This document shows positions 10,629 to 19,048 of a stretch of DNA of 64,000 bases, piece after piece. The stretch covers positions 66,662-130,661 of the forward strand of contig CAVQEW010000006.1 of the NCBI GenBank assembly GCA_963711655.1, given 5' to 3'. Position numbers and translations under genes: made by a program. Origin of the DNA: an uncultured Actinomycetota bacterium (GTDB lineage: Bacteria; Actinomycetota; UBA4738; HRBIN12). The notes under the pieces are model-generated. The model had not been told where the DNA came from. It saw only the letters and a list, made by a program, of their open reading frames with translations, and made no database searches. The first letter of the stretch is position 1. Each line of letters starts with the position of its first letter.

Positions 10629-11501
10629 ATGACGATGGACACGTCGGAGTTCGACCTGGACAAGTACCTGCGGGCGTCCACGCGGGTGGACCTCTCGACC
10701 GTCGAGTGGGATCGGATCCGGGAGCATCCGGTCACGACGGACGAGGCGCGCTGCCTCACGTACATGATGGACATCGAGACCCACACGGTCGTCTTCCTCC
10801 GCGACCTGCTGGCGACGCGAGCCTCGTTCGATCCGGAGGTCACGGCGTTCCTCTCCTGCTGGGTGTACGAGGAGCTCTGGCACGGGGAGGCGTTCAGCCG
10901 CTTCCTGGGTGAGGCCGGCTTCCGGGTCCCGCCCTCGTACGAGGGTGTGACCGGAGACGCGCCGTTCCCCACCCGCTTCGACCGCAACCAGTGGATCCGG
11001 CGGAGGTTCGGGACGAAGGGGTACTTCTCGCACATGGGGACGCTGCTCGGCTCGGCGGTGTTCCGCGACTTCGTCGCCGTGCACATGACGTGGGGTGCGG
11101 TGAACGAGCTGGGCACGTTGACCGGCTACCACCGCATCATCGCGAAGACCGAGCATCCCGTCCTGATCCAGCTGCTCCAGGCGATCATCAAGGACGAGCG
11201 CCGGCACTTCGCCTTCTACCGCGCCCAGGCCAGGATGCGACTCGCCCGGTCGAGGCAGGCGCGGACGATCACCCGGTGGGCGCTGGAGCACCTCTGGGCG
11301 CCGGTGGGAACCGGGGTCCGGCCGCAGTCGGAGACCGACTTCGTGATCCACTCCCTGTTCGGCGACGCGGACGGGATGGTCGCCGTCAAGGAGATGGAGC
11401 ACACCCTGGGGGAGCTGCCGGGGTTGCGCGGGAGCCACTTCCTCTCCGACGCGCTCGAGGGAGCGGCCGCCCGGCTCGGCCAGCCGCTCGGGGTGGGCTG
11501 A
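10629..11501 (+). CDS. ferritin-like di-iron protein (acyl-ACP desaturase-like fold)
   Basis: 'ETHTVVFLRDL', 'WVYEELWHGEAF' and 'IIKDERRHFAFY' resemble paired ExxH di-iron motifs. The start is uncertain, either TTG 10557 or ATG 10629. Confidence 0.55.
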   Translation: MTMDTSEFDLDKYLRASTRVDLSTVEWDRIREHPVTTDEARCLTYMMDIETHTVVFLRDLLATRASFDPEVTAFLSCWVYEELWHGEAFSRFLGEAGFRVPPSYEGVTGDAPFPTRFDRNQWIRRRFGTKGYFSHMGTLLGSAVFRDFVAVHMTWGAVNELGTLTGYHRIIAKTEHPVLIQLLQAIIKDERRHFAFYRAQARMRLARSRQARTITRWALEHLWAPVGTGVRPQSETDFVIHSLFGDADGMVAVKEMEHTLGELPGLRGSHFLSDALEGAAARLGQPLGVG

Positions 11502-11507
11502 GCGCCC

Positions 11508-12899
11508 TCAGTCCCGCGGGCGGACCCTCGTGCCCTCGGCCGTGTCCATGACCTCGAGCCCCATCGCCTGGAGCTCATCGCGGAGCTCGTCCGAGCGCGC
11601 GTAGTCCTTCGTCGTCCGAGCCGCGTCGCGTTCGGCCACCAACCGCCGGATGTCCTCCGTGGGCTCCCACGCCGCCCGCGCTTCCCGTTCGAGGTCGAGG
11701 CCGAGGACGCGATCCCAGGTCGCGAGGAGGCTCCGCTTCTCGCCGGACGAGACGTCGCTCGAGTGATCGAGGTCGTTCACCACACGGACGGCGGCCGGCA
11801 TGTCGAGGTCGTTCGCGACGGCCTCGCGGAACTGGGAATCGAGCTCCTTCGCGGCCGGACCGAGATCGTCGGTGGACGGACCCCATTCCGCGACATGGCG
11901 ACGGAGCTGCTTCACCCGATGGTCGGCCGTCTCCAGCGCCTCCCAGGTGAAGTCCATCTCGGATCGATACCGGGTCTGGAACGTGAACCAGCGGAAGGCG
12001 AGCGGGTCGATGCCCTCGTCGGCGAGATCGGTCACCCGCTTGATGTTCTTCGCGGACTTGGCCATCTTCTGCCCGCCCATCTGCAGGAACCCGCCGTGCG
12101 CCCAGATCGACACCACCGGATGACCGACGGCCCCCTCCGACTGCGCGATCTCGTCCTCGTGATGCGGGAACTTGTTGTCGTTGCCACCGGTGTGCACGTC
12201 GAAGCGGTCCCCGAGGTGCTTGATCGACATCGCGGAGCACTCGATGTGCCACCCGGGGTAGCCCTCGCCCCACGGGCTCGGCCACTTCAGGAGACGGCTC
12301 GCTCCCGCCTTCTTCCACAGGGCGAAGTCCTCCGGATGGCGCTTGGCAGGGTCCACCGCCAACTCCTGGCGATGCCCCGCCCGCAGCTGGTCGAGCGTGT
12401 TCCCGGAGAGCTTGCCGTAGCCGGGGAACGTCATGACGTCGTAGTAGACCGTCCCGTCCACCTCGTAGGCGTGGCCCTTCTCGATGAGTGTCTCGATCAT
12501 CGAGAGCATCTCGGCGATGTGGTCCGTCGCCCGCGGGTAGAGGTCGGCCCGTTCGATGCCCACCAGGTCCGCGTCCTCGAGGAACGCCTGCGTGTACTTC
12601 TCGGCGATCTCGGCCGCCGAGAGGCCCTCGTCGGACTCGGCGAGCTCCATCTTGTCCCTGCCCGAGTCGCTCACCTCGTCGGTCATGTGGCCGACGTCGG
12701 TGATGTTCATGATCCAGCGGACGTCGTATCCCTCGAAGCGGAGCGCCCTGCGGATCAGGTCTCCGAGCATGAACGAGCGCATGTTCCCGATATGGATGTA
12801 GCGGTACACGGTGGGGCCGCACGAGTAGATCCGGACCTGCCGGCCGTCGACCGGCACGATCTCCTCGACCTCACGCGAGAGGGTGTTGTACAGGCGCAC
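11508..12899 (-). CDS. cysS: cysteine--tRNA ligase
   Basis: 'CGPTVYRYIHIGNMRSF' (HIGH-type) and 'KMAKSAKN' (KMSKS-type) motifs in an intact 463-aa ORF. Confidence 0.9.
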   Translation of the reverse strand: MRLYNTLSREVEEIVPVDGRQVRIYSCGPTVYRYIHIGNMRSFMLGDLIRRALRFEGYDVRWIMNITDVGHMTDEVSDSGRDKMELAESDEGLSAAEIAEKYTQAFLEDADLVGIERADLYPRATDHIAEMLSMIETLIEKGHAYEVDGTVYYDVMTFPGYGKLSGNTLDQLRAGHRQELAVDPAKRHPEDFALWKKAGASRLLKWPSPWGEGYPGWHIECSAMSIKHLGDRFDVHTGGNDNKFPHHEDEIAQSEGAVGHPVVSIWAHGGFLQMGGQKMAKSAKNIKRVTDLADEGIDPLAFRWFTFQTRYRSEMDFTWEALETADHRVKQLRRHVAEWGPSTDDLGPAAKELDSQFREAVANDLDMPAAVRVVNDLDHSSDVSSGEKRSLLATWDRVLGLDLEREARAAWEPTEDIRRLVAERDAARTTKDYARSDELRDELQAMGLEVMDTAEGTRVRPRD

Positions 12900-12909
12900 G
12901 GCCCAATGT

Positions 12910-12943
12910 TACTGAGGGCCCTGGCCTACTGAGGGCTCTGGCC
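12910..12943. repeat. 17-bp direct tandem duplication TACTGAGGGC(C/T)CTGGCC x2
   Basis: Read directly in the 54-bp gap between the lrp stop and the cysS start. The two copies differ at one base. Confidence 0.7.
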
Positions 12944-12953
12944 TCCCGAGGGG

Positions 12954-13436
12954 TCACGGACGCAGCGGGCGGCCTTCGAACGGGATCGAGAGCGCGATGG
13001 TGGTGTTCGTGGTCACCGCCGCCTTCTCACGGAGCCGGCGGATCAGGTCTTCGAGGTCGCCGGTCGTCCTCGTGCGGACCTTGAGCACGTAGTTGGCCTC
13101 GCCCGCGACGGAGTAGCAGTCCTCGACCTCCGGGAACTCCTTCACCCGGGCGGGCAGGTCGTCGGGTTGGTGGGGGTCGAGCGGGATCGCGGCGATCAAC
13201 GCCGTCACGAAGAGGCCGACCGCCTCCGGATCCACGACGGCGCGATACCCGTGGATCACGCCCTGCTGTTCGAGCTTGCGGACCCGCTCGTGCACCGCGG
13301 AGGCGGACAGACCGACCGCCGCGCCGACGTCGGCGTAGGTGGCTCGTGCGTCGTCCTGCAGCGTCGTGAGGATGGCGAGGTCGCGGTCGTCCAGCACCGC
13401 GGCATCGTCCCACACGGGGGAGAGGGATATCCCCAC
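12954..13436 (-). CDS. Lrp/AsnC family transcriptional regulator
   Basis: 'LDDRDLAILTTLQDDARATYADVGAAVGLSASAVHERVRKLEQQGVI' is an HTH_AsnC domain, followed by a RAM-like C-domain. It is divergent from the RT gene. Confidence 0.85.
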   Translation of the reverse strand: MGISLSPVWDDAAVLDDRDLAILTTLQDDARATYADVGAAVGLSASAVHERVRKLEQQGVIHGYRAVVDPEAVGLFVTALIAAIPLDPHQPDDLPARVKEFPEVEDCYSVAGEANYVLKVRTRTTGDLEDLIRRLREKAAVTTNTTIALSIPFEGRPLRP

Positions 13437-13483
13437 GACGACCGATTGCCCCCTCCCTCGGTCGAGGGATACGGTCGGCGTCT

Positions 13484-13507
13484 CCTCCTCCCGTTCGCCC
13501 GAGGAGG
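13484..13507 (+). promoter_or_regulatory. hairpin pairing CCTCCTC with the GAGGAGG Shine-Dalgarno of the RT gene
   Basis: CCTCCTC (13484-13490), a 10-nt loop, then GAGGAGG (13501-13507), which sits 6 nt upstream of the GTG at 13514. Confidence 0.4.
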
Positions 13508-13513
13508 TGCTCC

Positions 13514-14335
13514 GTGGATCCGCGCTCGACCCGACCCCCCGGCAGATCCGACGCCCCCGGTCCTCGATTCGAACCGATCCCGAAGCCCGGCGGCGGGATC
13601 CGACGGCTGACCCTGCTCGATCCGGCCGCCGACGCCGAGTATCGCGATGCGGTCAGCCCGCTCGCGGGCCGGATCGAGCGCTCGCTCGGCGCGGAGGTCT
13701 TCGCGATCAGGTCCAGACCACGGGACGCCGGATGGCGGCTCGACCCGTGGGCGCCTGCCCGCGTCGCGTGGCGGAGGACCCTCCGCCGGGCGATCCGCGA
13801 AGCGGCCCGTGGGACCGTCTTCGCCGTCGCCGACGTCCGCGACTGCTACGGCTCGATCTCGCCGGAGACGATCCGCGCGCTCCTGGGGCCGGAGGCCGCG
13901 CACGCGGTCGCCGTCCTCCGGCAGCTCAGCCAGCATGGCGTGCGCGGCCTCCCCGTCGGCCCGGACCCGTCCGCGATGCTCGCGAACGCCGCCCTCTCGC
14001 GCCTGGACCGCGCGATCCGACCCCACGGCGCCCGATTCGTCCGATGGGTCGACGATCTCGTCCTCTGGGGCGACCGCGACGACGTGCGACGTGGCTTGGC
14101 AGCGCTCGGACCGGCCGCCGCCGGCGTGGGGTTGGATCTCCATCGCGACAAGACGCGGATCCTCGCGGATCGGGTGGAGGCGCGGACGGTCATGCTCGGC
14201 GATCGAGACTCCTCTATCATCGCGGCGCGTGAGGACCCTCTATCGCGCCTCCCGCATCGTGACGCTGTCCCATCCGACGATGGGGGAGTGGATCCTCGTG
14301 GACGACCGACACGTCCAACGCGTGGGCACGGGTGA
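13514..14335 (+). CDS. reverse transcriptase (RNA-directed DNA polymerase), compact, unclassified
   Basis: The RT motifs occur in the expected order: 'IPKPGGGIRRL', 'VFAVADVRDCYGSI', 'GLPVGPDPSAMLANAAL', 'VRWVDDLVLWG', 'GLDLHRDKTRIL'. The last ~35 codons look like out-of-frame junk and overlap the next gene. Confidence 0.8.
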   Translation: MDPRSTRPPGRSDAPGPRFEPIPKPGGGIRRLTLLDPAADAEYRDAVSPLAGRIERSLGAEVFAIRSRPRDAGWRLDPWAPARVAWRRTLRRAIREAARGTVFAVADVRDCYGSISPETIRALLGPEAAHAVAVLRQLSQHGVRGLPVGPDPSAMLANAALSRLDRAIRPHGARFVRWVDDLVLWGDRDDVRRGLAALGPAAAGVGLDLHRDKTRILADRVEARTVMLGDRDSSIIAAREDPLSRLPHRDAVPSDDGGVDPRGRPTRPTRGHG

Positions 14336-15728
14336 GCCTCCGGAAGCCGAGCTCACGATCGATCTCCCCGGCACGACGATCGTCCCCGGGTTCATCGACA
14401 GCCACGTCCATCTCACCGCGACGGGCCGCTCGCTCGCCAACGCCGACATCCGGGAGACCGGATCGAAGGAGGAGCTCCTGGCCCTGATCGGCGGGCGCGT
14501 GACCGACGAGATCCCCGTCGTGCACGTCGAGGGGTTCGACGAGACCCGATGGGACGTCCGCGAGCTCCCGACCGCAGCCGAACTCGACGCGATCACCCCC
14601 ACACCCGTCGTCGCCACGCGAGCGGACGGCCACATCTCGGTCGTGAGCGCCTCGACCCTCGCCGCGATCGACCTGGCCGACGCCGATGGGATCGAGCTCG
14701 ACGGCGACCGGCGTCCCACCGGCCGCCTCACCAAAGAGGCGAACCGCCGTGCCATCGCGTGGGTCGAGGCCTCGTACGACACCCAGCGCGTGGAAGGCTT
14801 CCAGCTCCAGGCCGCGGGACTGGCCGCCTCCCGCGGCGTGACGGCCGTCCACGAGATGTCCCTGGACCTCGCCGACCTCGAGGTGCTCCTCGGCCACCGG
14901 GATCGGCTCCCGGTCGACGTGGCTCCCGTCCCCGCCTCGATGTCCCTGCCGGACGCGATGGAGCGGCACTTCCGTTCGATCGGAGGCGACCTCCCCGTCG
15001 ACGGCTCGATCGGCGCTCGGACCGCGGCCCTGTCCCATCCGTACGAGGACGGCACCGATCGAGGCGAGCTCTATCACGACGACGACGCGATGGCGGAGTT
15101 CTTCCACGCGGCACACAACGCCGGCCTCCAGGTCGGCGTCCACGCGATCGGGGATCGCGCGATCGAGCAGGTCCTCGCTACCTGGGAACGGGTCTACCTC
15201 GCCCTGGACTCGCGCGAGCGTCGACACTTCCGCGCCCGTCGGCACCGCATCGAGCACTTCGTCCTTCCCTCGGCGGGCCAGATCGAACGGACCGCGATGC
15301 TCGGGCTCGCCGTCTCGGTGCAACCCTCCTTCGACAGGCTCTGGGGGCAGGGTGGCGGGATGTACGAGGAGCGACTCGGACCCGCCCGCGCGATGGCCTC
15401 ACACCCGATCCGCACGATGATCGAACGAGGGATCGAGGTCGGCGTCGGTTCCGACTCACCGGTCGCGCCGCTCGATCCGATGCTCGCGATCGCCGCTCTC
15501 GAGAGTCATCACGAGCCGACGCAGCGACTCACGAGGCTCGAGGCGCTCAAGCTCCACCGGGTGGGGAGCGCTCGTCTCGGTCGGCAGGAGGGGAAGAAGG
15601 GAGTCCTGGAGCCGGGGTGGCACGCGGACTTCGCCGCCTACGACGCCGACCCGCTCGACGTGGCATCGGTGGAGGGGCTCCGTCCGGTCCTGACGGTCTC
15701 TCTCGGCCGCGAGGTCTTCCGAGCCTGA
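14229..15728 (+). CDS. metal-dependent amidohydrolase (Amidohydro_3-like)
   Basis: 'GFIDSHVHLTATG' is an HxH motif, with 'VGVHAIGDRA', 'RIEHF' and a 'VGSDSP' C-terminal motif. The start is GTG 14229 or ATG 14280, and both lie inside the RT ORF. Confidence 0.8.
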   Translation: MRTLYRASRIVTLSHPTMGEWILVDDRHVQRVGTGEPPEAELTIDLPGTTIVPGFIDSHVHLTATGRSLANADIRETGSKEELLALIGGRVTDEIPVVHVEGFDETRWDVRELPTAAELDAITPTPVVATRADGHISVVSASTLAAIDLADADGIELDGDRRPTGRLTKEANRRAIAWVEASYDTQRVEGFQLQAAGLAASRGVTAVHEMSLDLADLEVLLGHRDRLPVDVAPVPASMSLPDAMERHFRSIGGDLPVDGSIGARTAALSHPYEDGTDRGELYHDDDAMAEFFHAAHNAGLQVGVHAIGDRAIEQVLATWERVYLALDSRERRHFRARRHRIEHFVLPSAGQIERTAMLGLAVSVQPSFDRLWGQGGGMYEERLGPARAMASHPIRTMIERGIEVGVGSDSPVAPLDPMLAIAALESHHEPTQRLTRLEALKLHRVGSARLGRQEGKKGVLEPGWHADFAAYDADPLDVASVEGLRPVLTVSLGREVFRA

Positions 15729-15843
15729 TCGGAGAGCCCGCAGCGGTGGTCTTGTCACTGTTTCTCCTCCCTCGGGTTGCCCTCGCGGCCGCCCGTCGCT
15801 AACGTCCTGCCTTGCGTCGCCGCCCCGGCGGAGGCGCGAAGCG

Positions 15844-15909
15844 GAGCCCGAGAGGCTGAGTAGAGAACGCGGCGCCCCGGCGTTGCGGCCCCAAAGGTCT
15901 CTCGGGCTC
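15844..15909. other. strong inverted repeat GAGCCCGAGAG / CTCTCGGGCTC (11 bp perfect, extendable)
   Basis: Read directly. The arms are separated by 44 nt, in a 378-bp non-coding gap downstream of the amidohydrolase gene. It may be a terminator or a structured RNA. Confidence 0.5.
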
Positions 15910-15962
15910 TCGCCTTTCCACCTTCCCTCGTCGGGAACATCCTGGGCCCGCTCGGTGTCCTT

Positions 15963-16011
15963 CCCTGAGCGACAAGCTAGACCGCCCTGAGCGGCAAGCG
16001 GGCCCTGAGCG
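15963..16011. repeat. three spaced copies of CCCTGAGCG
   Basis: Copies start at 15963, 15985 and 16003. Each is followed by an (A/G)(A/C)(A/G)AG-like tail. They lie upstream of the DUF4193 gene. Confidence 0.6.
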
Positions 16012-16106
16012 AAGAGACGGGCCTCGAGCTCGGAGGCGCCCAAGGCAAGAGGGGGAGTGAACGCTAGAATCCGCGGCCGGATCGAGGACGGAACCCGGAG
16101 GCACAG

Positions 16107-16472
16107 GTGGCCGAGCGCACGGAAGAGCGCGAAGACGACGAGGTCGGGACGGATCAGGAGCTCGACGATCTCGAGCCGACCGAAGAGGACATCGAGGATG
16201 CCGCGACGACGGTGGACCCACCGACCGCGGACGTCGAATCCATCCACGAGGTGCTCGAGAAACAAGAGGCTCGTGATGACGAGGACGAGGCCGAAGAGGA
16301 CGAGCCCGTGGTGCCGATCGCGACGACGAAGGTGGACGATCGCCTCGAGCCGATCGAGACACGCGTCGTCCCGATCCAGTCGACCGAGTTCGTATGCAAG
16401 AACTGCTATCTCGTGAAGCACCGCAGCCAGCTCGCCGACAAACGGCGGATGTTCTGCCGCGACTGCGCCTGA
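16107..16472 (+). CDS. DUF4193-like acidic protein with C-terminal CxxC...CxxC
   Basis: A long Asp/Glu-rich N-terminus is followed by 'FVCKNCYLVKHRSQLADKRRMFCRDCA'. This matches my recollection of the actinobacterial DUF4193 family. Confidence 0.6.
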   Translation: MAERTEEREDDEVGTDQELDDLEPTEEDIEDAATTVDPPTADVESIHEVLEKQEARDDEDEAEEDEPVVPIATTKVDDRLEPIETRVVPIQSTEFVCKNCYLVKHRSQLADKRRMFCRDCA

Positions 16473-18719
16473 CCGACCGCGGGCTGCCGGTCGCACTCGC
16501 CCTCGCCCTGATCGGAGGCGTGCTCTCGGCGCTCGCCTTCCCACCCGTCGCCGCCTGGCCGCTCGCGATCGTCGCTCCCGCGGTGCTGATCGTTGCCCTG
16601 CGAGCGGCGACACCCGCGCGCGGCTTCGCCCTCGGGCTCATCTATGGACTGGTCGGCTTCGGCCTCACGCTCTCGTGGGTGCTGCTCTTCGGCACGCTGG
16701 CATGGAGCGCGCTGACGCTCCTCGCCGCCCTGTCGGTCGCGCTGTTCGGTGCGGCGTTCCCGCTCGTGCGTCGTGCCGGTCGCCCGATCCTGACCGCGGT
16801 CGGAGCCGCCGCGCTCTGGACCTCGCTCGACTGGCTCCGCGGGCTCTGGCCGCTCGGCGGGTTCACGTGGGGTTCCCTGGGTGTCTCGCAGGTGGCGAAC
16901 CCGATCACCGTTCGGGTCGCCGTCGTGGCGGGCGTGTTCGGTGTGACGTTCGTCGTGGCGTTCGCGGCGGCCCTCCTCGCCGGAAGTGCCACCGGCGGAC
17001 GTCCGCGTGCTCGGCTCGCGTGCGTCGCGCTCGCCGCGGCAGCCCTCCTCGCTCCCGGGGTCATCCCGTTCGCGACCGCCACCGGACGTGCCATCGACGT
17101 CGCGGCGATCCAGGTGGACTTCCGCGAAGGTGTTCGCGGTGCCTCCAGGCAAGAGGGCGACGTCGCCGTGACGAGACTCAACCTGGACCTTCACAGGAGC
17201 TTGCAAGGCAGACCCACCCGACCTGGCCGTCTGGGGGGAGAGCGCCCTCGACCCCGGATCCCTCGCCATCATCGACGAGGTTCGGGCCACGATCGCGGAC
17301 GTCGGGGTGCCGGTGGTGGCCGGGGCGACGTCGACCGACATCCGGCCGAACGCGAGCGATGACGTCTCCTTGTTCAATCAGGCCGTCGTGTTCGACGGCG
17401 GGGGAGCGGTGGTCGACGTCTACCGCAAGACCCACCTGGTCCCGTACGGGGAGTACATCCCCTGGAAGCCGATCGTGGGGTGGATCTCCGCCCTCGAGCA
17501 GATCGCGTACGAGCTCACGCCGGGGGAGCGGCTGCACACACTTTCTGCCCCGGGGCTCCCCGTGTTCGCCGCACCCATCTGCTTCGAGAACAGCTTCCCC
17601 GCGCTGGACCGGGAGCTCGTGCGGCAGGGCGCGGAGTTCCTCGTGGTCCTGACGAACAACGCGGCCTACGACGAGACCGCCGCTTCGCCGCAGCATCTGC
17701 AGATGTCGCGGATGCGGGCGATCGAGGACGGACGATGGATCGTCCACGCCGCCGTGTCGGGGATCAGCGCCTTCATCGATCCCCGCGGCCGCGTGTACGA
17801 CGAGACGGCATTGTTCGCGCCGGGCGTGATCAGGCGGACGATCCAGGCCTCGACCGATCGCACGTGGTCCGTCCGACTGGGCGACGCGCTGCCGATCGTC
17901 TCGCTCGCGATCTTCCTCGGGCTCGCGCTCCTCCCGCGGGGTCGCGGCGAGCAGCGACCGCGACCCGAACCTCTCGCCCCGGGCGCCCGCACCTTGGTGA
18001 TCCTCCCGACCTACGACGAGGCCAAGACGATCCGCGACGTCGTCGACGGCGTCCTCGGCTATCCGGATGTCGAGGTCCTCGTCGTCGACGACTCATCGCC
18101 CGATGGAACGGCCGGCATCGTTCGCGAGCTGATGGCAGGGGAGCCGCGACTCCGCCTCCTCGAGCGCCCGATCAGATCGGGGCTCGCGAGCGCCTACGAG
18201 GAGGGATTCGGCCGCGCGCTCGAGGAGGGCTACGACCTGATCGTCGAGATGGACTCCGATCTCTCGCACGACCCCGCCGAACTGGGCGCCCTGCTCGAGG
18301 CCGCCCGCGACCGCTTCGACCTCGTCGTCGGGAGCCGGTACGTGCCGGGTGGTTCGGTGACGAACTGGAGCCGGCTCCGCCTGACGTTGTCGAGGACCGG
18401 CAACACCTACGCCCGCATGATGCTCGGGGTCCCACTCCAGGATGCGACGAGCGGCTTCCGGGCCTATCGACGAGCGGTGCTGCAGGACCTCGTCGCGCAG
18501 CCCTTCCACGCCGACGGCTACGGCTTCCAGGTCGAGCTCGTGATGCGAGCCTGGCTCCATGGGTGGACGATCGGAGAGGTGCCGATCACGTTCCGCGAAC
18601 GGGAGCACGGGCACTCGAAGCTTTCGAGACGCATCGTGTTCGAGGCGTTGTGGCTCGTGACCCGGTGGGGCCTGGCGCTCAGAGCCCTGGGAAGGCCGTA
18701 CCCCGAGCACACCGCCTAG
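16394..18719 (+). CDS. ppm1: apolipoprotein N-acyltransferase fused to polyprenol-phosphate mannose synthase, frameshift near 17203
   Basis: The N-terminal half has multi-TM Lnt sequence and a CN-hydrolase part ('DLAVWGESAL', 'APICFENSFP'). The C-terminal half is GT2 ('LVILPTYDE', 'VVDDSSPDGT', 'MDSDLSHDP'). The start is not resolved. Confidence 0.75.
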
Positions 18720-19048
18720 GGCCGGCGTGATCCTCGCGAGGAACCCAGGGCGTCCCGACTCGATTCCCGATAACGTCCATTATGTCACCTTGTCCGGGAT
18801 GGCTCCTCCGAGAGCGGTTTCGGCCCCTCTTCTGCGGTCCGTCCCGCGGGTCAGAGCCGGGGTTGTGGGATCCCAGAAGGCCTTCCTTGCTTCGAGACCG
18901 AGTGGGTGCGAAGCTCCGCTCCGGCGGTTGGTACCGGATGGACTGCGACTTCTGGCCGATGGACCCGGTCCCCCGCCTGCCCGTAGGGTGTGGGCCGACC
19001 GGCCGACAGACCGAAGTACCAACGCATCGTGAACGACCAGGAGGAGAC

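Noticed and set aside
13437-14335. A retron or group II intron origin for the RT.
   Set aside because: Only 77 bp separate the RT from the lrp start, which is too short for msr/msd. I found no flanking a1/a2-type inverted repeats. There is no domain V/VI-like RNA and no maturase or endonuclease extension. A degraded remnant cannot be excluded without HMM searches.
18727-19048. ORFs upstream of surface gene 1 (18727..19032 and the 5' part of 18782..19933).
   Set aside because: They have no family features or RBS. The region is better explained as a 330-bp leader or promoter. The signal peptide starts at ATG 19049, which is preceded by GGAGGAG.
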